A DNA stretch of 36,579 bases from Paramecium tetraurelia (GCA_000165425.1 CT868032.1:186001-222579), one strand, 5' to 3'; numbered from the stretch's first letter, positions 11,255-23,985 are shown. Made by a program: numbers and translations. The notes: generated by a model not told the origin, from the sequence alone.

Positions 11255-12422
11255 TCAAATTGTGAAAACTAACAATAAGGCCAAGAAAACAAATGCTAAT
11301 TATTGGGAAAACTGAACAGCTTGGACATCCATCATGAGCAAATCCATTTGCATCGCATTCTTATGTACAATCTGCACATTTTTCGGATCCTTCATCCTTA
11401 ATACACTCAATTTATTCAGTTTCTCCAGAGACTGGATCAAATTCAGTTTAAACCAACATTCTTCTTCCTCCTGCTTAAGATGTTGACAAAGTAGAAGTGA
11501 CTTTAATTGTAACTGCTCTCCATGCAATTTCAGCCTTCAATTAAATAATTACCTATCCTGGAGTTGAATTATTTAAAGTAATTTGAGAGGCTTTCTTATT
11601 CAATCCACTTCCTGTGTACCAAACTTCAGTTCCAGTCAAATAATAACCACTCATTCCACTAGTTTTAATAACTTATTAGAGAACAAACTAATCATTTAGA
11701 TGAAGATCTGGGGTTCCAAATGCAGTGCATGTTAAATCAGTGCACCACTTTAATGTTGTATCTGGTTTGACGTTACAACCACTACTTGTTGTGCAACCCA
11801 AAGTGGATTAGTAACTTAAAGGCTTGAATGAAGTGTCAAGTGCAGCACCTGTTCCTTTCTCAATTGTAACAGAAAATTCAAAAAAGAATGTATATTAGAG
11901 TTAATCTGTTCCAGCTGCATAATAAGCAAGTGCATAATAACCTTTGTAAATGAATTAATTGGAATTAGATGTTTCAACCAATCTAGTTTTTAATTCAGTT
12001 CCTGGAATTGTGAATGTATAATATCTCCATTATTTTTAGAAGTTGTTTGATGGTGTTATTGTTAAATCAGTGACTTAAACTGGATCGGCATATGAATTGG
12101 ATGTAATATTTCCATACTTTAAGATCAAGACAAACCTAGCTCAGCTGCTTTTACCATCTTCCTTCACAAGACCAAAGTATGTTGTATCATTATAAAGTTC
12201 AACATCAGAGTATCTCAAGTTAACTTTTACGTTAGCAGTTCCTGAGACAAATGCGACATCTCCTGTGAATGCAATTTTTGAAGCACCTGATCCATCAGCA
12301 TTATTTGCAGTTCCAAATTTGTTCAAATATTTAGAACTACATTCGGGATCATTGAATGACAAGCTTGATACCTACCCTAATTAGAGTACAACTATGATTG
12401 CGATTATGGAGATTGTTTTCAT
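11255..12422 (-). pseudogene. Surface-protein paralog E; full length but four apparent 1-nt insertions (pseudogene or sequence error)
   Basis: ATG 12422. Three +1 insertions at ~12105-12152 create TGA 12143-12141 and then restore the frame; a fourth at ~11322 shifts the tail. Corrected tail CQAVQFSQQLAFVFLALLLVFTI-TGA(11257-11255) aligns with C and looks like a GPI signal. Confidence 0.75.
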
Positions 12423-13301
12423 TATTAAATTAATGTATTTTCTGCTAAATTTTTCTTTTTAAAATCCAAAAATTAGCTCTAATTCTATTTAAAAAACAAA
12501 CAAAAACATGTTAAGACAAAAGCTAATTTTCAATTTAAATACTGTAGAATTCACAGATATTTGATCAAAAACTTACCTCCACAGGATAAATCAAATAGAA
12601 TTTTCAAATCCAAATCGTTCAATATTTCTATATTTTTCTGATTCTAAAAAATTTATTATCTTCTTTTAGTTAAACCAATAATCTAATCGAAGAATAAAGT
12701 GACGTAATTATAACTTAAAAAGATTAAGAAGAATATTAATGTTAATAGGGGCTCTTGTAATTTATAGTATTAAAGATAAGGAGCAAATACATGCAGCACT
12801 TAAGAATAAGTATATAAAGCTAATCGATTTGAACAATTTTGGCTTAAGTAATAAGAAAAAATGAATTTATGTTCAGTAAAAAGGAAAAGGGCCATTTTTT
12901 AATATATAAAATAAGTAGAATATACGAATTTGTGCTATTTTTGGAAAAGATTTTAAAATAAATTTATCTAAAAATACTAGCAACCTTAATACCCATTCTA
13001 TAAAGTGTACCCTCAACTTCATAATGTACTTAAATATATCCATTTCTCCTCTCCAATTATCAAATAAATGCTTTAATATCTAATGATTAAGTTAATAAAT
13101 CAAAGAATTGATATTCTTAAGCCACAAAATCAGTAAGGCCTTAAACTTAGAGCAAAACTAAAGCATGATGATTAATCATTTTGCTTATGAAATAGATTTT
13201 ACTATTTCTGAGATACCACAAATACTTATTTTTGATATGATAAAGGATTACTTTTAATAGAGATGATAGTGAGTTTGTAATAGATGATGACGGAAATTGA
13301 G

Positions 13302-14367
13302 TCAAAAGTAAGGGAAAGAATATGATAGGGGGGCGGTGGGGGCGAGTGTCTGCTGTCGGCTGTTTAATAATTATCTTGAGTCAATTTTAATTTTTCGACC
13401 ATTTTCCCAGATCCCAAGCATTCTTTCTCCAGTTTCAGTAATGACTACACCTTTTCCATGTTATTTTCCCATCACCCACTCTCCATCATATGTTCTACCG
13501 TTATTCCAATAAAAAACTCCTTAACCGTGTTTTTTATCATCTAAATACTATCCTTTATAACTCTTTCCATCAGGCCAAATTGTTTCGCCATAACCATTAA
13601 TCTTATTATTTAACCAATTTCCATTATAGATTTTTCCATCATACCAAGTGTATTTACCAAATCCATTTATTTCATTATCCATAAAATCTCCTTCATAAAT
13701 ACTGTTGTCTGCGAATTAGAGTTTTCCCTTTCCATTCTTTTTCCCAAAAGTATACATACCCTTTAGAATTAGTGGATTATTTACTTCATATTTGGAACCA
13801 TCAGGCCAACTTTCAACTCCCTTGCCATGTAAGAGATCATTCATCCATTCTCCCTCATATCTTGCACCTCCAGAATGGACATAAATTCCTTCTCCATTAG
13901 CCGTGTCATTTATCCATTATCCCTCATAAGTATCTCCATCTCCATGAACTATTGTTGTAGAAGATAATCTAAATACCTAATTTCCCTTTGCCCTCTGCTT
14001 TATCATTTTTCCATTCCCCTTCGTAATAGCCACCATCAGCCCAAAACTTCTATGAATTTATTAAGCTTACATGCAAGCCGAAGCCATCCCTTTTACAATT
14101 GAACCATTCGCCTTCATAATAACCTCCATTAGCCATGTTGATTCTAGGAAGTTTTTATCGAATTCCTTTTGTTTTCTAAACAAGATCTTGATATTCATCA
14201 TTAGCTGGTTTATTGTCCTCTGAATAAGAAGAATAAAATCAACCATGAGTTAATGATTCTGTTTCTTATTGTTTCTCTTTATCGATAATTTAATGTTCAT
14301 TACTACCTTTTTGAGTTTACAATTCTTCTTCTCCTAGATTTTTCGGAATACAATTGCAGCTCCCCAT
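13302..14367 (-). CDS. MORN-repeat protein with N-terminal myristoylation/palmitoylation-like motif (4 short introns)
   Basis: Starts MGSCNCIP; repeated YEGEW..D...G.G...W.DG units; four 21-28 nt GT..AG introns restore the frame. The last ~25 codons cross an unusual GC-rich patch, so the stop is less certain. Confidence 0.85.
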
Positions 14368-14756
14368 ATTTTTATTAATATATTATATAAAGTATATTGC
14401 TGTCTATTTATATTATCTATTAATACAAAGCATCAATAAAAGATTTTAAGAAAATGTAGTATCTCTACTTCTATAATGTAACTGAATGAGTAGTTGATAA
14501 GTAATTAAATTGGCAATAAGATGTATTACTGCTGCTAAAACAGTAATTATAATATTTTAAAGAAAATTAAACAATAAATTAAGGAATCTAAGTGTGGCAA
14601 TAGCAGCGAGAAAGTATATTGAGAAAAAACGATCGTAAAGAAGGTGATTATTAAAGGGAAAGATCAAATTAATATTTTTTAAGGCATTAAAACTTTTTTA
14701 TTGAGTAAGCTGTATGCTTCATAATGAAATCAAAAATTGTATCGATAATAGCTATA

Positions 14757-15744
14757 TCACAGAAAATAATCAGGTACAGGATGTCTTCCAATCAATCCTC
14801 GTTATTCCACATTAGCTGCTAAGAAAATTTTGAATTTTTTTTCTAGATTATCATCTAACTCCAATATTGAAGCTTAATTTCCTACGCGATAACAGTAATT
14901 TGGAGCACTCCAGACTGTTATCAGTTAATCATCAAACATTGTTTTATATCCTTCTAATACAAGTTAATGAGCGCGACATATAAAATCGTAATTATTAGTC
15001 CTATTGAATTCTTTAGTAATATCTCCTCCAAATATATATCCAGCTCCTCTGGGGGACACTCCCCAGCCAATGATGTCTTCAGGATCACTCCATAAAAGAT
15101 CGCACATTGCTCCTTCATGAGGAACTTCTTACTTTCTATCCAAAGATTTGACCTATAAAATATTACGAAAGATTGGTACATCATCAATTTCAACTATATT
15201 TGGAGATAATCCTCCATGTACACAAAATACTCTATTTTCTATGACTGCACTAATCGTCAGATAATCAAAAACATCTGTGCAATGCCTCCAAATATTTGCA
15301 GAACCATATTTACGTTGGCATTCATCATAGAATCCATAAACTTAGGTTGTTTATCTTGACTCATGATTTCCTCTTATTCTTAAAATGAAATGTAACAATT
15401 ACATGGTGATTCTATCTGGAAAACGAACTTTGAATGCCAATAATAAAAGAAAGGTTTCTACACTATTGAATCCGCGGTCAACCAAATCCCCCAAAAAAAG
15501 ATAATTAGTGTCAGGACAATCTCCTCCCACTTTAAATAACTCAATCAGATCATGAAATTATCCGTGAATATCGCCACAAACCTATTGTGATGATAATGTA
15601 TACAGTGACTGGAGTGTGAACAATTTCGACGTTGCTTTCTGAGATGAGAATTTCTTTTGCTTTAGTACACAACGAAATCACTTCCTACTCGGTTAGAAAT
15701 TGGCAATTCTTTAATTTAGCAATCCATTAATCTAAATCACTCAT
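14757..15744 (-). CDS. Ser/Thr protein phosphatase 4 catalytic subunit-like, divergent paralog (304 aa, 3 introns)
   Basis: [41 protein letters not shown]-terminal PDYFL. Introns of 22, 24 and 27 nt give a 915-nt CDS. Confidence 0.92.
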
Positions 15745-15754
15745 AAATATTTAT

Positions 15755-16785
15755 TCATAAAAAATAATCAGGAATTGGTTTCTTGGCTGGTAATCCTTTG
15801 TTTTCCTAAGCTGCTTCGAATATCTTGTATTGTTTAGTAAGGTTTTCATCCAACTCTAGAATTGAGGCCACATTACCGCATCTAATTCAATGTGAAAATA
15901 TACCTGTAACAATAGTTTGGAGCACTCCAGACTGTGACTAGTTATTCATTGAACATCACTCGATAACCTTCCATGACCAATTGATGAGCTCTGCATATTA
16001 ATTCAATGTTATTTTTCCTATTGAAATCATCCACAACATCTCCTCCAAATAAATATCCAGCACCTCTTGGAGATAAATTCCATCCCTCAATTTCTATAAT
16101 AATCCTAAATTCTAGATACCATCTGGATCACTCCACATCAAATCACACATTGCTCCATCATGAGGTACTTCCTATTTACGATCGATTGCTCGTATCTACA
16201 TAATTAAATTTCTAAAACATCATCCATTGTCTTTATTGAAGGGGATAATCCACCATGTACACAAAATATCTTCTCTTCAATTACTGCAGCCAAACTCAAA
16301 TAATCAAAAATGTCTGTGCAATATCTCCAAACATTTAATGACCCATACTTTCTGAGACACTCATCATAGAAACCATAAACTTAAGTAATTTGTCTAGATT
16401 CATGATTCCCACGTATCCTACATAACTTATTAATATACAATGTTATCCTGTCCGGATAGCGCACTTTCAAAGCCAATAATAATAAAAATGTTTCCACGCT
16501 ATTGAATCCCCTGTCCACAAAGTCACCCAAGAATAAATAGTTAGTGTCAGGACAATCCCCACCTACCTTAAATAACTCCATTAAATCAAAGAACTAGCCA
16601 TGAATATCTCCGCAGATCTAATATTATAATATTAATACTGTCACTGGAGCGTCAACTCTCTGTACATTGCTCTCTTCTACAAGAATTTCCCTTGCCTTCG
16701 TACATAAGGCTTTAACTTCCCCTTCTGTTATGTTTTCACAATTTCTAAGTTAAGCTATTTATCTATCTAAATCTGATTGACTCAT
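15755..16785 (-). CDS. PPP4C: Ser/Thr protein phosphatase 4 catalytic subunit (305 aa, 5 introns)
   Basis: [106 protein letters not shown]. Introns of 21, 21, 23, 26 and 22 nt give 918 nt. Confidence 0.95.
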
Positions 16786-17216
16786 TTATATATTGGAGAA
16801 ATATAAATTTAAATAATTATTATTGATTAACTTACTAATTACAAATATATTTGGAAATACAAGAGATTATCATTTAATCTAATAGTTATGGATTCAAAAG
16901 ATGATAAATAAATGATCTCTTAATCAAAGAATTAAATTTGAACCAGAAAATTATTAAACCGCTATTATATATTCAATTCATTCAATTAATTTTTTGTTAT
17001 ATTTTAAAAAAACTGCCTTTTCTACTCAAATTAGACACTAAGTTCAATCTATTAATAATTATATTTGTAATCATTTTATCCTCTTAAATCTTTATTATAA
17101 ACTTAAATTTTGATCAAATTTATTGAGCTTCCTTTAAAGTATTATGGCTTGAGGAAATATTAAAATATAATAGAAATTTATTTCTAATTTTTTTATATAA
17201 ATAAAATTAACTGAAA

Positions 17217-17798
17217 ATGTTTCAGATTAAATCAGATAATAGATTAAACAGATATGAATCGATTGAAATTGAACGCCCTAAGACATCCATGGATCAGAAT
17301 AGCTTAGAAAGGGAGAATCGCGAATTATAAATTTAGTTATAGAAATTCAAGGAATTATATTAATAACAAAAGCATTATTTCTAATGCTAATAAGAGCAAT
17401 TTCTTGATTTGCAAGAGAAGTACGAGGGAAGTGTATCTAAGATAAGTGAATTGGAGGAGTAGTTGTATTAATAAAGTGAAAATTAAGAGCAAACTTAGCT
17501 TTGTGTCTCTTTACTATAAGATCTTCAAGGCTTGGAATATTTAGTCAATAAGATGAAGCTCTTGATACCGAATAAACAAGCATTAAATTTGATTGGCCAA
17601 ATCTAGAAAACCTATGAGCAATTAAGAAATAAAGAATCGGTTCCTTGTGAGCAATAGATTTATCACAAGTTGTTAACAGCTCTCGATAAGAAGTTAAACG
17701 ATATCATTAACAATGACAAGGAAAATTGCAACATGAATACGAATATTCAGGAGTCACAACCCAAACTGAAAACTTACTTGTCCTAAAAAATGATGTGA
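17217..17798 (+). CDS. Hypothetical coiled-coil protein (193 aa)
   Basis: 582-nt intronless frame ATG..TGA, Q/E/L/K-rich with heptad character (LERENRELQIQLQKFKELYQQQK). Confidence 0.75.
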
Positions 17799-17906
17799 AC
17801 TAGTTATATTTTAGAATTTATTAACATTATTATTTATTATCTTATGACAACATCAAATATGGTTAGAATTTCATTAAGACATTCTTGATTGCTATAACAT
17901 TTATTA

Positions 17907-19784
17907 ATGATAAATTAATTAAATATTTAGCAATTATTCTCTAATTTAGATGAATGGCATTACTCAAAATTGTCAGAAGTGTATTAGACCCCCATTCTAC
18001 AATAATATCACATGTTAATTTTACAAATTAAAACTAAATTTCCTATACCCAATAGAATAAATGAGGTTGAATTTCCAACTCAAGAAAATGCAGTTCAATT
18101 TTTTTAAAACTATAAGCCCATGACCCTCTAAATGAGTTAAGTTAAAGATGTCAAAATAAAATTATATAAAAATGCAGCATATTTTGGAAATATAGTTGAT
18201 GGATATCGATAAGGAAAGGGAATTTTAATAAAATAGACTCTGCACCTATATGAGGGCTAGTTTGAGAAGGATAAAAAGGAAGGAATAGGGTTCGAAATAC
18301 TGAAAAGCAATTAATATTATTATGGGAATTATGTAAATGGATTACCACAAGGTGAAGGAATATTTTGGTCAAAAAGTCAGAAATACATAGGGTAATGGCA
18401 TTAAGGGAAGAAGGTAATGAATGAAATTTAATATGTTAGCATGGTATTGGATTGTATTAAGGAATTCATCAAGATTACTATATGGGTTAATGGGATAATG
18501 GAAAATGCTGTGGTTCCTGCTTGCATGTTAATGGATTCATGTAATTCAAATATTTACAATATATTAGATTTGTAGGGGAAGTAACTAATGATCTGAATTT
18601 TGGAGTAGGTAAGAAGTATTTGGAGAATGGGGATTTTTATAGTGGTGAATTTCGAAATGGGAAGCCTAATGGTAAGGGAGAGTATATTTGGAGTAATGGA
18701 AATTGCTATTAAGGAGAATTTGAAAATGGACTGAGAAATGGTTATGGGATTTGGTAAAGTAAGACTTAAAATGGAACAAATTGTTATAAAGGATATTATA
18801 CAAATGATAAAAAATGCGGTGAGGGAAGATTCGAATACTCAAATGGAACTGTGTATGTGGGTAATTTTATGGAAGATAAACGATGTGGTTATGGTGAGAT
18901 TGTTTGGAGTGATAAAGCCATCTATAAAGGATATTGGAGAGATGGTTTAATGGATGGAGAAGGTGTGTATTAGTATGACTAGTTGATATTGAAAGGTAAT
19001 TGGAAATAGAATTAGCTTTAAACTTTTGATAAGGTTAGGATTTCATTAAATGAATTTCCTTAGTAACAGTAAATTAAAGAAATCTAAGAGAATTAAGAAA
19101 TTTAATCTGAAATCGCAGATGAACCAGATTTAGATCAAATTGGAGACCAATTCTAAAATGAGATATAAGAATCCAAAGCAGAAACTGTGATCTAAAACAT
19201 ATCTCACAATACCAGTCACCATGATATGTACTTTCATCCAAAGCAGCCTATTCTTCAAAAATAATTTGATTTGTTGAGTCTTTTGGATGAAAGTCTCTAA
19301 TTTCAATCTTTAGAAAGCTCAAAAAGGTAGCATAAATCAAGTGTTGCTATCTAGACAGAATCGAAAAAGAAATTCTTGCCTAAATTAAGCATGAAAAAGT
19401 AACATCCAACTCAATTCAATATTAATCACTCGTTCTAGGAGCAGAGAAATAGAAAAAGTGCTCATTTACAATATGATGTGTCGTAAGGATCACCTTAGGT
19501 TAATGGGAATGGTAGTTTTCATTAAACAGAGGGAATACAGGGGTAGGCAAAGAAAAATGTAAATCGATCTATTTAATATGGAAGGAAGAGACATAAACCA
19601 ATTTTATTATCAACAAAAGAATAAAATGTATGGGCTATCAAGATGAGTAAGTTAAAATTAAGTCCTGCAAAATATTGTAGATTATGGAACCAAGAAGTAT
19701 ATGTATTAAATATTTAAGGTCGTTAATGAAATTAAACAGTTTCTGTATCCTCCAGTTTGGATGCCTCCTTCATACCTACTTTGA
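17907..19784 (+). CDS. MORN-repeat protein with low-complexity C-terminal region (~600 aa, 3 introns)
   Basis: Multiple MORN units (YSGEFRNGKPNGKGEYIWSNG, YKGYWRDGLMDGEG). Introns of 26, 27 and 22 nt give a 1803-nt CDS ending PPVWMPPSYLL-TGA. Confidence 0.85.
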
Positions 19785-19842
19785 GTTGACGTATTCTATA
19801 TATATTCTACACTATTATTTATTATAAATAAAATTTCATCAA

Positions 19843-22800
19843 ATGCTTTAAGAGTAGACTTTATCAATAGAAGAGCTAAAGAATAGTTATTTTTCACAGC
19901 TTTTTGGAGAAATAATATACATATACAAAAAGCAAGATTTTGGAATCATTAATTTTTTCTATAAAATAATTTTTGATAAGACTTATTATCAACTTACTAG
20001 AATAGCTAAATATTCTGAAGTTGAGTTGAATTATGCAATTGCAAAAATGTTGTTGTATCCAATAGATGGGATTCAAATAAAGAACACAAATTAGGTAATT
20101 TCTTTGATTCCATTATTTTTAATGTTTGTAATAGGGTAAAAGTTGAATATAAATTATTGCATTAAGTTGGAATGTGAAAATGAGTGGGATTTCTTTTTAA
20201 CAGCTGTAGCTAAAACAATTAATCATGAGGAAGATCGAGCCTATGAATATTTAGAAATGTTTCATTAAAAATTAGAAATGTAGTCAAAATAATCTCTCGC
20301 CTTTGATCTGGAAAAAACGATGAATTTAATTGGTAGTTACACAAAAGGGGAGAAATTGCTCAAATTATTGAACTTAATGTTTTATTAAGATTGCTCTATA
20401 TTTGCAGTTAGCTCATAGAAGAGCTAAGATCATTACGTGAGGTTTTAAGCCTAAAAAAAATTTGAAATCATTATCAATACTTTTGAATTTATCTAACTTA
20501 AACATTAGAAGGAGATTGAAAATACAATAGAAGAATCAAAAATGAAAGTTGCAATCTCTTTCTTAACCAACGACTACAATTATGATTACTTAACAGTAAA
20601 ATTTGATCATTTGCAAGCAGGTATCCTCATTTTTAGCTTAATATAATTGGACTATAAGTAATTTCAAAATTTCTTTAGCTTGAAACATCCTTCTTTGTAA
20701 GAGTAATTGTTGGATCAAATTATGATCATCGCAGGAAGTACTGATAAATTCTTTTTCAATTTAATCTTAGTTGGAAAATGCTTGTCCAAATTAAGACTTT
20801 GGGAATATGCATTAGACTTTTTTCACAAATTGTACAAATAAATATCAAATCATTTGCACAAAGAAAAATTTAGAGTCTATATTTATTTTAAGATGTGCAA
20901 AATTCAATTCTTGCAAGGGTAGATTTAAGGATTGTTGAAAAAATTTATCTACTTAGGCGACCTAATGCAATAATATCAAGAAAAGAATGTAGAGTTCTAT
21001 TAACCAAGCAACAGGAATCTCTATAATTCTTGTCTATTTTTACAATTATTAATTAGTGCATATACAAAATAGATAGATAAATTAAAACATATTACAATAA
21101 AGATTTCTACACTTCACTTAGTAAGCAATCATCAACATTCTTAGAAAAGACCTTTTAATTTGTTATAGTATGAATTCTTTAGGCTTGTTTAACAGTAAGG
21201 AGTGATATTTTAGGAGAAAGAGGGGATAAATTAGTTGGAACACATTTTACAAGTGATGTAAAAATGTTGTAAGTAAAGACACAATATTGAATCGAAAAAG
21301 TAGAGTCTGTTAAATAATTTAATATCAATTTTTGATTCAACAAATAAAAAAACTAGTAAATTAATTGAAATTGATTGCTACTATAGAGCAATAGAGGAGT
21401 TTCTGATTATCAATGTATTGGTTCGCCATAGAGAAATTTACATTTTGTAATACTTAAATCCTAACTTTTATCCTTTATTAAGAATATTTCTAGGAGAAAA
21501 AGACTTCTTCAATAGATAATTGAAATCATAGATCTATTTTTTTATTCATGATTTCAAACAAGCCTATAAAATTGCAATTGAAACCAATAACCACAAAATG
21601 ATTGGGTAGGTTTTAGAATATTGGTGTCAATATTCAGACGCTATTGAAAATTATAAGAAGGATATTAGTCCAAGCTGCTTTTTTAATTGTGCAATGTTGT
21701 AGAAAATCCAATCTGATAAAAGTTCATTAGAGAGAGGTTCGTTAGATAAAAGCGGTTTTGAGAAAGTTCAACAATAGCAAGCATAATAAAATGCGATAAA
21801 CAGTTTTAGAAATTTAGCACAATCCCAAAATTAGTATAGAATGATCGCTTAAATGTTTTAACAAGTGCTATTAAGACGACAAAATTAATACCAAGTAACT
21901 GAAAATATGGAAGGGGAATTAGAATATGTCAACACAATTGATTTAGACCCGAGATTGACATAATCAACTAAATTGATGAATTCAAATTCAAAATAAGATT
22001 AATTAGAGGATCAAAGCATTTAATCAGGTGAATATTCTACAAAATTTAGAAGTGAAAATTCTAGAATCACTGGGTAGTGTAAGATAGTTTAATCATAAAT
22101 AGCAGATAATATTGAAAGTGAAACAAGTAGTGTTCTTGAATAATTATCAAATGAAGAGAATATTTTATTGAGAATGTAAGTGAATTTTAACTTTCCTGTA
22201 CGAAAGGATATCGAATTTTTTTATCTCAATTTGAAGAGTGATATTATATCTTAAGAAGATGGACATTTAGAAAAAACATTAGATGAATTTGTAAAAAAAA
22301 CTTAGTTTTTGAAATATGAAAGCTCTGAGTTATTTAACGATAATAATTTAAGGGAAAATATTGGTAAAGGAGGAAATAGTGAAGTTTACAAATTCTATTT
22401 TCAGGGGTAAGAATACGCAGCCAAAATTATATAGTTTGAGTATAAAGGATAAGGAGAAACCATAAATGATGATGAGAAATTGGAAATTTAAAATAAACTC
22501 CTGGAAATCTGTATAGTTTGTGACGTCACTATTTCAAAGATTAAGTATTGTTTAAGAATTGAACACTTAGGATTCAAATTTGAAAAATTGTAAGGATAGA
22601 TTAAAGTATATAAAATAATCCTTATAACAAAATTCTACAATAATTATCATTAGGTATTAAAATGGGAAGAAATTGATAAAATCAAATATGTTTATAAGTT
22701 ATCTTTAGGCCTTGCTACTTTACAATTTGACAAAGAATTACTCCATCTCGATTTAAAACCAGACAATGTTTTAGTAGATCCAATAAAAAAAAATCCTGTA

Positions 22801-23955
22801 TTAGCTGATTTTGGGTTATCATAGTATTCTTAAGCCTCTTATTATCTTACTACGGGAGTAAAATAAATGACTATAAAATACATAGATCCGGATTTGGTTG
22901 ACAAAAGCTATTAAAGTAGGAAAAACGATGTTTATTCTTTTGGGGTTTCATTATTTTAATATTTCTCTGGAAGCATACCATTTAAAGAACTTAATTATCA
23001 ACAAGTTCAAGGAAAAATTAGAGAATTTCAATCGCATCATAAAAATATTATTTCTGAAATTAAAAATGATCTTATAAAAAATCTAATTTTAGATTGTACA
23101 AAACCTTTCCAATAAAGAATTACGTTTATATTGGTTTTGAAAAGACTATTTTTTTATTTGCAATAGATAAATAATCCTAAAATAAAATAATTAATTGAAA
23201 TGATGTTTGATCTAATTGAAATCTAACAAAATAAGAGGAAAATTAAAAATCTCTATGCTTACCTGAAAATAATGAAAAGATTTATCAAGCACACAAATTA
23301 TTTCGAACCATTAAAAATAGAAAATAAAGTTCTTTAATCTTACATAATAGTAATTTCTAATGATTCTGGTAAAAGCTTTTCAGAAATAATATAAAGAATG
23401 AAACAATTTATAAACTGGAAAATATTGAATAAGCATGATTTCATATTGAGACTTATAGATTTCACAATAGATATTAACCAAATCAATCAAGATGAAGCGA
23501 CAGTCACTTTTCATTTTTGGGTCGAAGATGCATAAAAAATAGAATAAAACAAACTCTCTTAATGGAAACCCTTTTTCAAAGAGATAGCCACTATCCTAGA
23601 ATAAATCCACTTTTCTTAAATTTGCCTATTACATATACCGTTATCATAAATATACGAAATGAATGGAAAGATTAAATTGAACTGTTTGGATTATTCATAG
23701 AATCTTAAAATTGATTAAAACTATTTATATGATCTTGATTGCCAATCAATTGACCCTCAGATCAAACAATCAAAGAAATTTCACTAATTAAACGATGCCT
23801 ATGCACTTTGCATATTAATTGAAGAAACAATAAAATCAATTAAATAACTGCTTGATCAAAATGAGCAAGATTAGATTTCTAACCTAGAGAACTACATTGA
23901 GTAAGAAAAGGAAGGAATATCTTTATAATAAATAATTGACAAACTATAAAATTGA
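19843..23955 (+). CDS. Large protein kinase (~1370 aa, apparently intronless): TPR-like N-terminus, non-RD kinase domain, degenerate second kinase-like region
   Basis: Single frame of 4113 nt. IGKGGNSEVY, YAAK, LHLDLKPDNVL, LADFG, YIDP and KNDVYSFG motifs at ~22360-23150. Confidence 0.85.
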
Positions 23956-23985
23956 TTATTAAAATTAATATAACCATCACAAATT

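Noticed and set aside
12141..12143. In-frame TGA in paralog E as selenocysteine or a programmed frameshift
   Set aside because: It arises from 1-nt insertions relative to four paralogs, does not align with a Cys, and lacks the Euplotes AAA-stop context.
13326..13345. Telomeric repeat
   Set aside because: The G-runs do not form TTGGGG/TTTGGG tandem units.
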